DNA of 62,537 nt, filler included, from Choristocarpus tenellus KU-1152 (lineage: Eukaryota; Protista; Phaeophyceae), in assembly GCA_964200185.2 (NCBI GenBank). It is 13 parts of 13 records of this genome, joined end to end, with 100 filler letters (N's around TTAATTAATTAA, not from the genome) between each part and the next. Parts side by side here need not be neighbours in the genome. Positions count along the whole stretch, not along the records: positions 1 to 2,847 come from CAXNAD020024236.1; positions 2,948 to 5,840 come from CAXNAD020023860.1; positions 5,941 to 9,224 come from CAXNAD020021050.1; positions 9,325 to 12,870 come from CAXNAD020019345.1; 9 more parts are not named here. One strand, given 5' to 3'. Position numbers and translations under genes: made by a program. Under the pieces are notes generated by a model that saw only the letters and a list, made by a program, of their open reading frames with translations, was not told the DNA's origin and ran no database searches. Numbering within the stretch: the stretch's first letter is position 1; each line of letters opens with the position of its first letter. Shown here piece after piece: positions 1-12,006 of this stretch.

Positions 1-30
1 GGGTATAGAGATATCTCCTACGGTGCAAGT

Positions 31-213
31 AGCTCAAAGTATCGGGGGGGTTGGGGGGGGGATCCACACCAGGGTGTCCACTTGGGTCATAACCAGGAAA
101 AGAGCAGTTGCGTTTTCAATCCGACGTATGGAACCAAATCACCCAAAAATCATGACATGAAAAAAAGGGCCCCAAGTGGACAGCCGCGAATCTTCCCCAG
201 ATACGTTTGAGCC
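31..213. mobile_element. MITE family A (~180 bp, G-tract subterminal), complete copy
   Basis: Inverted ends (A/G)GCTCAAAGTATC-GGGG ... CCCCAGATAC(G)TTTGAGCC; internal GTGTCCACTTGGG / CCCCAAGTGGAC motifs; AGT on both flanks; homologous copies elsewhere in the window. Confidence 0.8.
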
Positions 214-855
214 AGTTCCTCACTCGTTTTCGGGGTTTGGGCTCCTCGCATCTGGATTTGGAGTCTGAACCCTTCTTCTAGGCTCCAGGTTGGCGAGTTT
301 CTTATCATATTCTGCTAGTTGTGAGAGAGTGGAGCTCCTCTCACGATACCGTTGGCACTGTCCAGAAGGTGCCGCAGGTGCATGCTTAGTGTCTCCTCTG
401 TATATCATGCGTGACCCCGATCTCTTTCAATCCCTAAGAAATGTGATATGAGTTGCTTCACGTTAACGTCCTGTTGTTGAATGAGCCGATCAGTTGAATG
501 TTACAAGTAACTGGGTCTTGCTGCAACTTGTTGTAAGGAGTGAGATCCTGGGTGTATGTATGGGACCTATGAAAGTGGACATCAGCGATAGGTCTCTGTG
601 CGACAATAATGATTATAATGCTAATGAGACTGGTGTGACTGAAAGGAGGAAAGGGAGGGTGGCTCTTTCACAGAGACTACAGACTTTTTTTCCACCGAGG
701 ACTCATTAGTCCCAGGGTATGTTTTGGTGTATCTTTTTTTTTGTGTGTGCGCAAGAAAGGTGACATGGCCCAGAGAGCTGAATTTTGCGATGAGGTCGAC
801 TCTAATAAACCGCAAATGTAAAGCAGTCTGAGGAAGGTATAGAAGGATATGGTCT

Positions 856-897
856 GGGTAAGGGTAAGGGTAAGGTTTAGGGTTAGGGTTAGGGTTT
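856..897 (+). repeat. Interstitial telomeric-like tract (TAAGGG/TTAGGG)n
   Basis: GGGTAAGGGTAAGGGTAAGGTTTAGGGTTAGGGTTAGGGTTT. Confidence 0.85.
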
Positions 898-2847
898 GAT
901 GAGACCCTGAGGATCTCAGGCAAAGAAGATGAGTGGCATGTGACTTGGGTGTCAATTTTCTTATGCATGGCGTTCTTTTTTCATAAGATTAGATGCAGAT
1001 ATTGATTGCTGTTGCATGTATCTATTGATAACTTGTCCATGTAGTCCAAGTCCTTTTGTTTCAAGCGTAATCATTATGTTCCAAATCACATTCTCAGAAT
1101 TTTTCTTTAGATAAGAGTAAGTGAGGAAACTGCCGTTTTAATTTTTTTTTTTTGCTGTGTGTGTTTTCGGTGGAACACGCGACATACTACACCTCGAGCA
1201 GACGCACGAGACCGATAGATTGCGGAGATTACTTAGTGCTGTTTAGAGCCGGTGAAGGGGTCGGCGTGTGCGGCAGGCAGATCAAATGCGGGTGCGTGCG
1301 CAATGGCTGCAAACTGATGCTCGTGACGTGAGGTGTGAGACAGCAAGCAGATGCGCGTCTATGAAGAGGTGTTAATGGTGATAATCGTTTCGAGTGCGTT
1401 GGAATTGGCATGTCTTGCAGTCAATGGGTCGGGTGCTGGTTTGATTTTTTTTTTTGTCCTTACTTACCCTACAAAAAAATTTAAAATTTTATTAGGAGAG
1501 TCGGTGCTGATGTGGCGCAGACAGAGAGGTGGATTGATGGATGGATGGATGGATGGATGGATGGGATGGTGGAGTGTGTGTTCCTTCTAACTGCGGAGCA
1601 CTTGGTTTTGTACATGCATCAGAGGCGTCTGTAGCCAAAGTTAGAAGCAGTTTGTGTAAGAGTGAAACCTTTTACGAGGGGGGTTTTGATATTGACCGTT
1701 TTGGGTTTTTTGTGACCTATTCGAAATTTGTCCAGTATTTGCGATGATGTCCGTGTCTGAAATGCAGTTATTAAGAATAATGTGAGATTAGGAATGATGT
1801 GTAACATATTTTTACCCAAAGAGCGCCCTCTGCAGTGCTCAAGATTGATTGATGTACCACTCTATATCTATTGACACCATCCTCTGAGATGGTATCAACC
1901 TAGTAGGTGCACTTTGTACACTCGGAGGTGTGCGTGTATGTAGTGACCGCATTTGAATATTTGTTTGTGTAGTATGAGTTGCGTTTGTATGCAATGCAGG
2001 CGTAATTGTGGGTAGATGTCAGTGCACTGCTTGTAATATAAGGTTGAATGTTTCCCGAAAGTTTGATGTTTGTACTTCAAGTTTGATGTTTGTACTTCAA
2101 GGGACATGCGTACATTTTCGTTGTGTACTTTTGTAGTGTTGTTGCATCTCATGTAATGAAAATAAATATTTCGAAGTGTGTATGTTTGCAATACGTCAAG
2201 AGTACCTAGTACAATAATGTCGGTGCGTTTCCTGGAGTTCAACACGTTTGTGCATGGCGTTTCTATATTTCTATATATATATATATATTCTAAAATGTAT
2301 TGTATGGTTGATGTCTGTACTCATGTGTCTTTTTGAAGACAACAAGCTGTTTCATGTAGGTTGAACTACTGTTCAGGTGTGGTGTGTAGATACAAAAATG
2401 TTTCTCACTGGCTGGACGACAAATGCATCTGCAGTCCTTCCATATCCCCCGAGTAAGGTTCCATGTCAGGGCCTGGGTGGCAGGACCAATTGAACCCTTA
2501 ATCTATGTTGAGCCACTTCCCCGAAGTACCCATTCTTCAAACTGTATTGAGAAGAATATGTCATCAGAGAGTGGTGATAAGGGATGTGAGACTCCCATGC
2601 GCTTGATCTTTACCTCTAACGCTGTATCCCTGGTACTGGTACTGGTACTGGTTGCTAGGTACGGTGACCCTTCTCAAGTTTGGGCGGAGAGGTACTCCGC
2701 ACAAGAGGTCCTTCAGACTCACATCCGATATGCATCTCAGTTGGTGAGAATCAACCCTAATCCTAATAATTATTCCAAGTGTGTTATGTGAGGGGGGTGG
2801 GTAGTTAGGGGGTTGGGGGGGCTAAGGAACAGTTGAAAGGCAAGAAT

Positions 2848-2947
2848 NNNNNNNNNNNNNNNNNNNNNNNNNNNNNNNNNNNNNNNNNNNNTTAATTAAT
2901 TAANNNNNNNNNNNNNNNNNNNNNNNNNNNNNNNNNNNNNNNNNNNN
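2848..2947. other. Artificial 100-bp contig spacer, first of 12 (others: 5841-5940, 9225-9324, 12871-12970, 18297-18396, 23570-23669, 28297-28396, 31689-31788, 34960-35059, 38390-38489, 46154-46253, 53463-53562)
   Basis: Identical N44-TTAATTAATTAA-N44 at every gap; the palindrome gives stops in all six frames. Confidence 0.97.
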
Positions 2948-3144
2948 CGGGACGGGGGGCGGGGGGGGGGGGGGGGGCGGGGGTTGGGGGGTTACACCAG
3001 GGTGTCCGTTTGGGCCCTGACCAGGAGAAATGCATTTACATTATCCATCCGACACATTAAGCCAAATCACCCAAAAATCGCGACATGGAAAAATGGGCCT
3101 CAACTGGATGGCCACCGCTCCCCCCATCCCAGATTCTTTGAGCC
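2948..3144. mobile_element. MITE family A, left end lost in gap
   Basis: Poly-G then ACACCAGGGTGTCCGTTTGGG...CCCAGATTCTTTGAGCC, colinear with 31-213. Confidence 0.8.
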
Positions 3145-3479
3145 TATGACTGGAGCCTCACAGATGTGAGCAGTAGGCGGCAGAGGTTGTATAAGCCGGA
3201 GGGAATGGCAAAAAAAAAATCGAAAATATGAACAGAGGAATGTCCATTTGTCAAATTGTATGATTAGAATAATATCATCAAGTCAAGAGGAAAGGATAGG
3301 GGATAGGTGGTAGATGCATCAATGTTGCATATCCAACAAAAACTGCCCCATATGGTAGGGTGGTGTGAGCATTTTATGGAATGCAGCCACGACTTCATAC
3401 AGGGAAAAGTGTCTGCTCCTAGATCTGGCCTTCGCTGAAGTACAAGCACACTGCCACTTTCACAACTCATCGAATAACA

Positions 3480-3800
3480 ATGGTGTCACCGCTGCTGCAG
3501 CATAGGCCTGTCTATAGGTGCAACCACTGTGAGAGATCTTTTGACCCAAATTAGTTTAACCTCAACCTCTTTGCGGTAGAAAGCTTTGGACGTCCTAGCA
3601 CACAGGAAGAGCTGTTTCTACCAATGACCTAGCAACTTATGTGCTATAGGTATGGGGGCGGATTGTTCCAGCAGAAAGGGAGTTGTAAAATAATGGCCCA
3701 AGGCAAATTGTTTCAGTCACTCCTCTAGTGACCATATCCAGAAGAGTTTCAGGCTTTAAACCAGAGACTCGAGGTCGATGACCTAGGAGAGGCTTGGCAG
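3480..3800 (+). mobile_element. Degraded RLE non-LTR retrotransposon 3' ORF fragment
   Basis: Encodes SFDPN..FNLNLFAVESFGR, homologous to 8614-9036 and 33887-34192. Confidence 0.6.
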
Positions 3801-5778
3801 ACTATGGAACTCACCCTCGATTCTCACCCGCCTTCATTGAGTCAGTTTTTGGAATATTGCTTTTGCTGTCTTCTGTTTCACTGTTTTTAACGGACAAGGT
3901 GATGTATGTGATATCGCATGAAGCATACCCTACTATACTATGATTGAAGTGGTAAAAATCGAGGCGGAGGGTAATGTTTAGAGCATATAATTCTCATTGG
4001 CTGAATGTAAGGCAATAATTATTACACTGGTGTGAGTGTTGCTCTTGGTACCCCATACTCTTCCTCCACCAATTTTTTTATTCTTAGTAACCTTGGAATC
4101 ACCAAATTTTGATGCAGAAGACATGCCCTTTTCTACAAAATCTCTTCTCAATTATCTTCTCCTTCTTGGTCTGCATCCTCCTTTCAAGAGTTGCCATTTC
4201 CGACAAAAAAATGTTACTTCTCCAGATCAACCCTTGTTCTGTGTATACCTACCTCCCAACCTCAAACCTCTTACATCGTTTTTTTGGTGTCTGCACTAGT
4301 TTCAATGGCTGTTCTGTGGATATTCCTCTCTATACGTTTTTACTCAAACATCTTACAGACCAAGAGGTAGGAGTTCTTCTTTTGTTGGCACCCTCCTTTG
4401 CCTCAACAAAGTTGTCCCCCCTAGACTGCAAATGAATTTTCGAGCTGTATTGTATTCATCCTCCTTGCATTTGGACTTGTGTTGGTCTGTTCACATCATG
4501 ACATTGATTGACCAACTACTTTGCACACAAGAGGTGAAGGTTGGAGGAACACGGGGCTGGGGAAGTGATGAAATAAAGGGGTTCACTGGGTACCTGGGAC
4601 AGGGGTATACTTGCCTGAAGTCGCTGCAGTCTTTCTTGCCGTGTGTGCTCCTCGGCCATTCTCCGCTGAGTTTCCCTGTCGTCCGCTGCTACTCTTACTG
4701 CAGTTACTGTATCGATACCACTCCCCTTCTTCTTGTCCAGGTGAGCAAGCGAGTCCGCCATCTGGTACGATGAGTGTTTACAAATAAAGTGGTTAGTTTG
4801 CCTGGCGTAGGAGTAGGGTATTACAGGCCTGGGTGAAATTTGATGTTGGACAGTGGGATTTGGGAGTACAATCTATTTTGGTTCTGGAGTTCTTACGTAA
4901 GCTCATCAGAGACAGCCACAATAAATATCTCGTACATCATCGTGTTGAATATTCTAGAGCAGGAAATTGGTAGGAAACAAAGCTAGTGTGGATATAATTG
5001 TTAAGACAAGGGGCTATATTAAAATTATTGGATCGGGTTCACAATAAGGCCTTCAAGTTTGCAGGAAGTGACACTAGATGTGCAAGGTATCTTTGGTCCA
5101 TTTCTCAGTGATGGTCATGACCACCATATATCACCACTTTGCAAATTTTATTCCCTTGATAGGACTAACACTTATCTACCAAAGGCTTGGTTTGTGAAAG
5201 GTGTAAGTGGTCAGAGCGACGACAATAGCGGTGACTTGAGGAAGTGGATAGGGTCAGTTTGGCAGCGTTTGCCGTCTAGGACCTTGCCTGCTGCTGACTG
5301 AGGCTTGACGCCACGTTCTCATCTTCGGCTTTGGTCGTCTTTTTACCATCATCATCCTGGGCTGTCATCTCGCCCTCCACACGCACCCGTCGGACCCTCT
5401 TCCTTTCCTCCTTGTCGGGAATATTGGTTGAAAATTCCATGTCGTCGCGATGCTTAAATCGACTAGAAGCCATCCTTCAATCCTGACGGGAGTTGACTGT
5501 CCCGTGAAACAACCCTATCAACAAGTACGATACCGCACCGGTAGCCTTGCTCCGTAGGTTTTGAACTTCTGGGTTGTCGACTATGGATTGATTGCGGAAG
5601 GCTCTCGTGTGACGTACACACTAAGACTCAGGAGGAATGATAACGGTTTCTTCCAGTAACACGCCTTTGAAGGTGGAACTATCAAGTATTCGTATTAATT
5701 TGTTGTAAATATTGGTAAATGTACTTTTTTACAAATAAAATAAAATAAAAGGCGTATAGTGTGAGAGCCATATTCCAC

Positions 5779-5840
5779 AGAAGGTATACCCTGAAGGTTA
5801 CCTATCTAGAATATCATTTAGAAGGTATACCCTGAAGGTG
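5779..5840. repeat. Tandem repeat, ~41-bp unit, truncated by gap
   Basis: AGAAGGTATACCCTGAAGGT occurs twice, 41 bp apart. Confidence 0.6.
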
Positions 5841-6532
5841 NNNNNNNNNNNNNNNNNNNNNNNNNNNNNNNNNNNNNNNNNNNNTTAATTAATTAANNNN
5901 NNNNNNNNNNNNNNNNNNNNNNNNNNNNNNNNNNNNNNNNTTCTACATAATGAGGAAATAGTCGAGTTATTTACACACACAAGTCTTGGGAACACCAGTT
6001 TCTTTAACAATCCAGCTTCTTGTCGAAATATACAGTATAGACCAAGACACTCCTGCACGTGCCTGGTTCTGGACAAGTCCCACTCGGCCCCCATACTGAT
6101 GAGAGACACGACTTTGAGGAGCAACCTACCTGTTCAGTCTCTGAGAGTCTGAAAGCAGCATATTGTGAACAATCCAATATGATACAATCAGGAGGACAGT
6201 AGTAGACCATAGTGGTGAAGTAACAAATGGATCAGAGTTTTTCACATTTGTAACATTTTATTTCTCTAGGGCTTATACTGACAATGTGACACCTCTATAA
6301 AATGTCAAAGGGCATAATAATATAATACAATAAAAAATAAAAAATAAAAAATAAAATAAAACATAATACAATCATTATGGAGAGGATATCGAACTATTTT
6401 TCAAAAGAAATACTGATACCAGTGCAGGCGGTGATATGTAGAAATTCATAATTTGTTGTTTTAGCGTGTACGTGGCATTTGACGGAGAGATATATAATTT
6501 GATGGGGTGAATGTATACTGAAACCGGAGAGA

Positions 6533-7220
6533 TTAGGATTGGTCGAGAAGTGGGTATGGACGATTCGCCCAGTATGTGTTTCTCGCTATAAGGACAGACC
6601 CGATCGTGATATAAGTGTTTCTGATACCCAATGTGTTTAATCTAGGGGTAGAGAAGGGGATTCTGTCGTTATTGAAATAGAGGTGAAACGCACGATTACG
6701 AGGAGTGTGTTGATGGAGGGTACCGACCTTGGTTGCAATTGTCTGTCCAGCAGGAACCTTGTACCCCCTATGGTAGCGCCCCCATTCCTCTGGTGTCGGA
6801 TCCCTCAACATGCACTGTGTCTTGGTGGGCCTTGATTGTCTCCACCAGGGATGAGGTTCCCAACATCCGTACCCCGTCTAGTTCCAGCCTCCTGGCGGCA
6901 GACTTCACCACAGCCTGACTCCATCAGATATGGACTTGCCGTGGTAGGATAAGAAGAAGTTGTCTACTACCAAAATCCCCATCCGCACAATGGACTGAAA
7001 AACCCACCACATCTGCCACCTGTTTTAGAATTGACTTCCACAGTCATCAGACCAGATGTGGAGGACTCCCAGGGTCTGTCCATATTCCTGGGCCAAAGGT
7101 ATTAGGTGGTTGTTCACAAACATCTCCACAGGGTTCTGAACAAACTCGTTGTCCTCGCTTGGGGGTTCATATCGAAGTGCTGTGAGGCCAGATCCTTTCC
7201 TTTCCCAGATTTCCCTCTTC
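6533..7220 (-). pseudogene. Sola2-like DDD transposase relic
   Basis: Hand translation: DNEFVQ...LHIWSDDCGSQF*NRWQMWW...VDNFFLSYHGKSISDGV(frameshift)AVVKSAARRLEL, matching the WSDGC..QFKN / FF...HGK...DG motifs of Sola2 transposases; carries an in-frame stop and frameshifts. Confidence 0.75.
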
Positions 7221-7226
7221 CCTCAG

Positions 7227-7360
7227 GAGCGAAAGTATCTTAGAGGGTATGAGTTTTGCCCTGATTGTCCGCTTGGGGCCTCAAATATTTTGGCCACGAC
7301 CTTTTAATACAACTTTTTCGGTTTTCTGTGTTTCGAGTAGGTAAACTGTGTACGCGAATT
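7227..7360 (+). mobile_element. Terminal end of a Sola2-like element related to MITE family B (other end not seen)
   Basis: GAGCGAAAGTATCTTAGAGGGTATGAGTTTTGCCC...TGTCCGCTTGGGGC, then diverges from the MITE interior. Confidence 0.7.
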
Positions 7361-7852
7361 TCGATTTTGAAGCTATTTTTTCATTTTTCTCTCTTTCAGA
7401 GTCGGTCAAATGTAGAAGAACTTATGACGTCGAATGTTTTTTTGTGATCAATTAATGGATTAAGTATGGGTAGGGGTCTGAAGTTTAAAGCATTCACCCC
7501 TTGTCATTTTTGAAGTGTCGCGATGTACAGAAAACTGATCCTGATGCCGTCTCTGTTCTTCTCAATGATCCCGATGTTGTGGGAAGAGTGTCTCTGGTGC
7601 CCCAAAGCTCTGAGCGTTGCTGTCTTGATCTACCATAACGTACTGACCTAACCTGTAAGCCTAGGCTAACAGATACAAGGGCAAGACAGAAGCTCTCAAA
7701 ACTTCGGTACACAAGAGGGCACTCTTCCTACAAGACCAGAAGCATCAGGGGAACACGATACACCACCACCTCAATTCTAGTTTAAAAATCAGGTTCAACA
7801 ATGGAGTTAAATTTGAGAGACACACAATAATATAACTCTGATGCTATATATA

Positions 7853-8270
7853 CATTATTGTGCCCTCTCAAACTATGTTATATTGTTATACCCTTTGAAA
7901 GTTTGCAGATGTGTGAGGGGAAACACCTATGCAAACTATTTACGTTTCAGTGAAATCCCAAAAGAATAACAGTTGTCATAAATGTGAAAAACAATAATCT
8001 ATTTGCTATTTTACTATCAGCTACGCTGTACCACTACCTTCCTGTGCCTCCAACATACCTATTCGTGCACCCCAGGGTGAGGAGCTAGGTAAGCATCCCA
8101 AGAATCTAACAAGCCCCTCCTTGCCCATCTCCCTGGCGACTCCAGCTCAAAACGCATGACACGTTTAGACAGGGCCTCCTACGTTATTATCGAGACTATT
8201 TGTCGTAGGCGGGATTTGTCTGCCCTTTTCCTGCCGTAGCCTCAAGTTCCTCTACGTAACTCACCTCGGA
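7853..8270 (-). mobile_element. RLE non-LTR retrotransposon 3' end (5'-truncated)
   Basis: Homologous to 8314-8660 (CCCCAGGGTGAGGAGCTAGG, TTGCAGATGTGT.AGGGGAAA); AAT-rich tail. Confidence 0.7.
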
Positions 8271-8313
8271 ATCTACATACATAAAACATCATGTAGTAGA
8301 CAGAAAACAATGA

Positions 8314-9224
8314 TTTTATTATTCTTCCCTCTGACATTTTGCAGATGTGTCAGGGGAAAAACTAAGGAAAGACTATTCACATGTCAGCAAAATCCCTTTA
8401 AAAAGTAACTGTTGTCATAAATGTGAAAAAAATTAATCTATTTGCTATTTCACTGCTCTCTATATTGTACCATTGCCTTCCTGTATCTCCTATCTACCTA
8501 TTCCTGCACCCCAGGGTGAGGAGCTAGGGAAGCATCCCACGAATCTAATAAACCCATCCTTGCCCATTTCCCTGGTGACTCCAGCTTAAGGCGCATGACC
8601 CGTCTAGATAGGGCTATCTGGCGTAGGCAGGATTTGACGGCACCTTTTCTCCTGCAGCCTTCCCATCCCTCTCCCCCCTACCACCACATGTGTAGGCTAG
8701 CTCATCCAGAAAAATTTCCGCTTGCTTGCCAAGGCGCCCAAAACCTTCCACAGTGAAGTTGTTGGGGTTATCACTGCAAGGGTCAAAAGATCCCTCGTAG
8801 TGGGTGCGCTCTCGCGCCTCAGCTGCACCACCACCACCACCATTGCTGGTGGACGAGTGTGGGGGGTGGGAGGTTGCCTGTACTTCCACGAACGTAACGT
8901 CAAGGAGAAAGCCTTTGTGCCGGTAGGGGGCTGATCCTGCTTCTGCAAGGGCCCTTGCATGGAAGACTAGTTCTATGCGGAGATTCCTGTCCACTGTGAA
9001 GGGGCTACCATCGTCATTAGTGCAAGAGATGCCCATCTCCTTTCATAGTTGACTGAGGCGTTTTGTCATAGGGTTGTGTTGTCGCATCTGGCCTCCTGCC
9101 ATGGAGCAGATGAGGGCATGTCTGATGTCGACATTCTGCCTCCTACACCCAGTCTTTGGGCACCTGTTGGACAGGGCCTCCTCCCTCCCTAGGGATCTGC
9201 TGGTGGTGAGCTTGAATTCTTTAG
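8314..9224 (-). mobile_element. CRE-like non-LTR retrotransposon C-terminus (Zn motif + restriction-like endonuclease) and 3' UTR
   Basis: CPKTGC...HALIC...QHN..., then LLDVTF...AAEARERTHYEGSFDP...FTVEGFGRLGKQAEIFLDELA; tail CAAAATGTCAGAGGG(AAT)n. Confidence 0.75.
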
Positions 9225-9324
9225 NNNNNNNNNNNNNNNNNNNNNNNNNNNNNNNNNNNNNNNNNNNNTTAATTAATTAANNNNNNNNNNNNNNNNNNNN
9301 NNNNNNNNNNNNNNNNNNNNNNNN

Positions 9325-9392
9325 AAGCTGTTCTTTGTCCTTCATTAAAGCACCATCTAAAAGCCGCGGGTCCAGTGTGGGATAGTTCAACA
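9325..9392 (+). mobile_element. 3' end of LTR (same family as 12007-12378 and 17273-17662)
   Basis: AAGCTGTTCTTTGTCC...GGGATAGTTCAACA. Confidence 0.75.
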
Positions 9393-11331
9393 CTTGGGCG
9401 GATTATTTGAGCCCATAAATCAGGAAGACAAGTAGGGCTTGTAACATAGGGTTAAGAGGATGCGTATAGGACTATAGCACATGAACAGTGACATAATTTC
9501 CCTGATTTTGCTGGGTTCTGTCGATCGGTACAACACAGCGAAAGTACGAATCAAACTGTTCGACGAGCCACTTGACAATGTACAGTGCGAAACTGTCCAA
9601 CGTCAGTAAGATCTGTGAGGGTCTAGGCGGTGTGTTTGGTGTAGGGAACGATGTTTGATGTTAACGTACGGCGATGTTGTACCATGATGCGATTGTGTGC
9701 CTGCGTGTTCGCCACTGGTGTTCAGGGTAACGCCCTTAGAGTATTTGACGATGTCCAGGTATTTTGTACCCTCCTCCACATCCTCCCTCAACACGAGGTC
9801 TCTTTTCACCTGTGGAATTTACGGGGTTGCAGTAATGTGCGGGATCAGGGCGTTTATTGTGAGGTGACTTGCTACGAACTCAAATACGGTGGACAGGTGA
9901 GATGACGAACCTCACACTCCGTTGAGTACCTCTTCGCTCAGGATGTATTTTTTGTTTGGAGGGGCCTCTTCTGAAGACCCTACTGAGGAGTCATCAGCGC
10001 AGGGGTCTATCCCGAGCTCGTCTTTCCTCTTGAGGTCGTTCATCATGACCTGCACGGCGACCTCCTGGACAGCCCTCTTGATGAAGACATTCTTTGTGTG
10101 CACTTATGTTAAGTATGCCAATTGGATCTTCCGCGGCTGCGATGCCCACTCCTCCTCAGCCTGAGCGGCAGACGCAGGGTCTGGATTGCTGTCCCCTAGT
10201 CTGTTCTTCTTCCCCTTTCCTCGTATCCTTTTCTTCTTTCCTTTGTCCTGGTCGGCCGGGGGTCGTTTGTTCCGGAAGCCCCTTAGAGTGTGGGAGAACT
10301 GTCATGGAGAAGTGCATGGGTAGTGGAACGGTAAGTCACATGCATGGCATGGGTGTCTGCCTTGCGAGGCACAAAATTGACGGTAAACATTGCGACTGTT
10401 GCAGGGTCAGCAGGGGGGTATATGCATATATACATCCATACGTTGGTTGAATCATCACGGTCAAAAATTTATCCTCTGGAAATGTCTCCGTCCCGACAAC
10501 ATACGTCAATGAGAGCGCGTCAGTAGGCAATGTTTTGGCTGCCTGCTCTGAGAAGATGTGCGCAGCCACTTTGACAATGTCGTGCCATCGATGGCCTTGG
10601 AGGGTCTTCCCTCTGAGGATGGCTAGTCCGACTCCAGCGAGGATATCAGAGCACATTCATGCGAAGTACTTCTCCTTGACCTCGTCTGTGAGCTGCATGT
10701 ACATCAAGTGTGCGATGGTGTGTCGTTAGGAACCTGAAAGAACGAGCTTTGAGGATGTGAAGGATTTAGGGTTAACAGTGAATTGATCAGAGAAGGGTTA
10801 CCAGGGGATACGCGTAGCGCAGCAGAACTAGGGTTCACCCTATGGACTTAGGGTTCTTTGGAAACTGATGGCCTTTACCGTTCGATATAACACATCACAT
10901 TCCTTCATTACTGCCTCTTCCCTATGTCAAGTGTGGGATCGTGTGGGAACAACTTAGTTGGGAATGTTTAACCCACCTTCAACCTGTAGGTGTCTGTGAA
11001 TCCCCCGCTGTTCTTCAGGGATTTGATGCCGGCGTCCGGGTTAGCGTACCACAGCACAATGAACATGTGAACAGCTCTAAGGTCGAATTTGTGCTAGTTG
11101 CGTGCGCTTTGGGTGTGTGGAGGATAAGGTCACATGATCAGGACAGAAGAACGTGGGAATGGGAATGGGTCTGTTGGTTAATGGCATATGTCATATGGCC
11201 GATAGTGATACACATGTATAAAATGTCAATTCAAGCCCAGTATGCGAAGGCAGGGGTTACTACAGTGTTGTTGGACCGTTAGTGATGGGGTATTGGATGT
11301 ACAAAAGTGGGGATGGCTGCACCGTGCTTAC

Positions 11332-11591
11332 GAGTCAAAGTATCTTAGAGGGTAGAGCCGCGTCCAGTTGGGGACCAAAATCCAATGTTGCAATTTTGAT
11401 GTAATTTTGGCTATCATCTTTGTTAGGAGATGAAATATCCTTGTTCCGGACACACGCCTTTTCATAACGTATGCATTTTACCTACTCCGAAATATTTCGG
11501 AGTAGGTAAAATGTCATTAAAAACCCGTGGGAAGTCAAGTCCCATATGAACAAACAGGGAAAAACCCGTACCCTTTAAGACACTTGCACTC
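11332..11591. mobile_element. MITE family B (Sola2-like), TSD TTAC
   Basis: GAGTCAAAGTATCTTAGAGGGTA ... TACCCTTTAAGACACTTGCACTC, flanked by TTAC/TTAC. Confidence 0.9.
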
Positions 11592-12006
11592 TTACACTGG
11601 AGCCGTTGCGCTTCTTGTGCTCTCTCCACACACCAAGAAGGATCTCCTCCAGTTCTTTTGTCTCTGGTGGAACATAGTGAGGGGAAGAAAGGGATCGGGT
11701 TAGTTGGATCACTGACGCGGAATTAGTATGAATATGGACGACGAAAAGTAGGCGATGCATCACAATCGTTTTACGAATCATTTCCTGGGGAAGGAGCCGT
11801 GAGAACCTCACCTTCTCCCGCAAATATATGCACAATGGTGGCGATCGCATTGTAGAACTGGGTGGAGGTTTGGTCCCCGAGTCTACTCACCCCGGCTTCC
11901 AGGTGTGTCTTCACAAGCTTCTTTGAGGAATGCTTTTATCTTGGCAGCAACCCTCCTCTTAATAGCCGTCTGTAACGCTGCGTTGGCACTCGGGAAGTCT
12001 ATGTCT

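Noticed and set aside
220-433. Possible minus-strand host exon
   Set aside because: Has a plausible donor, but the best acceptor leads to stops in all three frames and no domain is recognisable.
621-968. ORFs containing NPNPNP or LTLTLT runs
   Set aside because: Translations of telomeric-like repeats, not proteins.
2892-2903. TTAATTAATTAA recurring 12 times as a possible biological motif
   Set aside because: Always centred in N44/N44; it is an artificial six-frame-stop linker.
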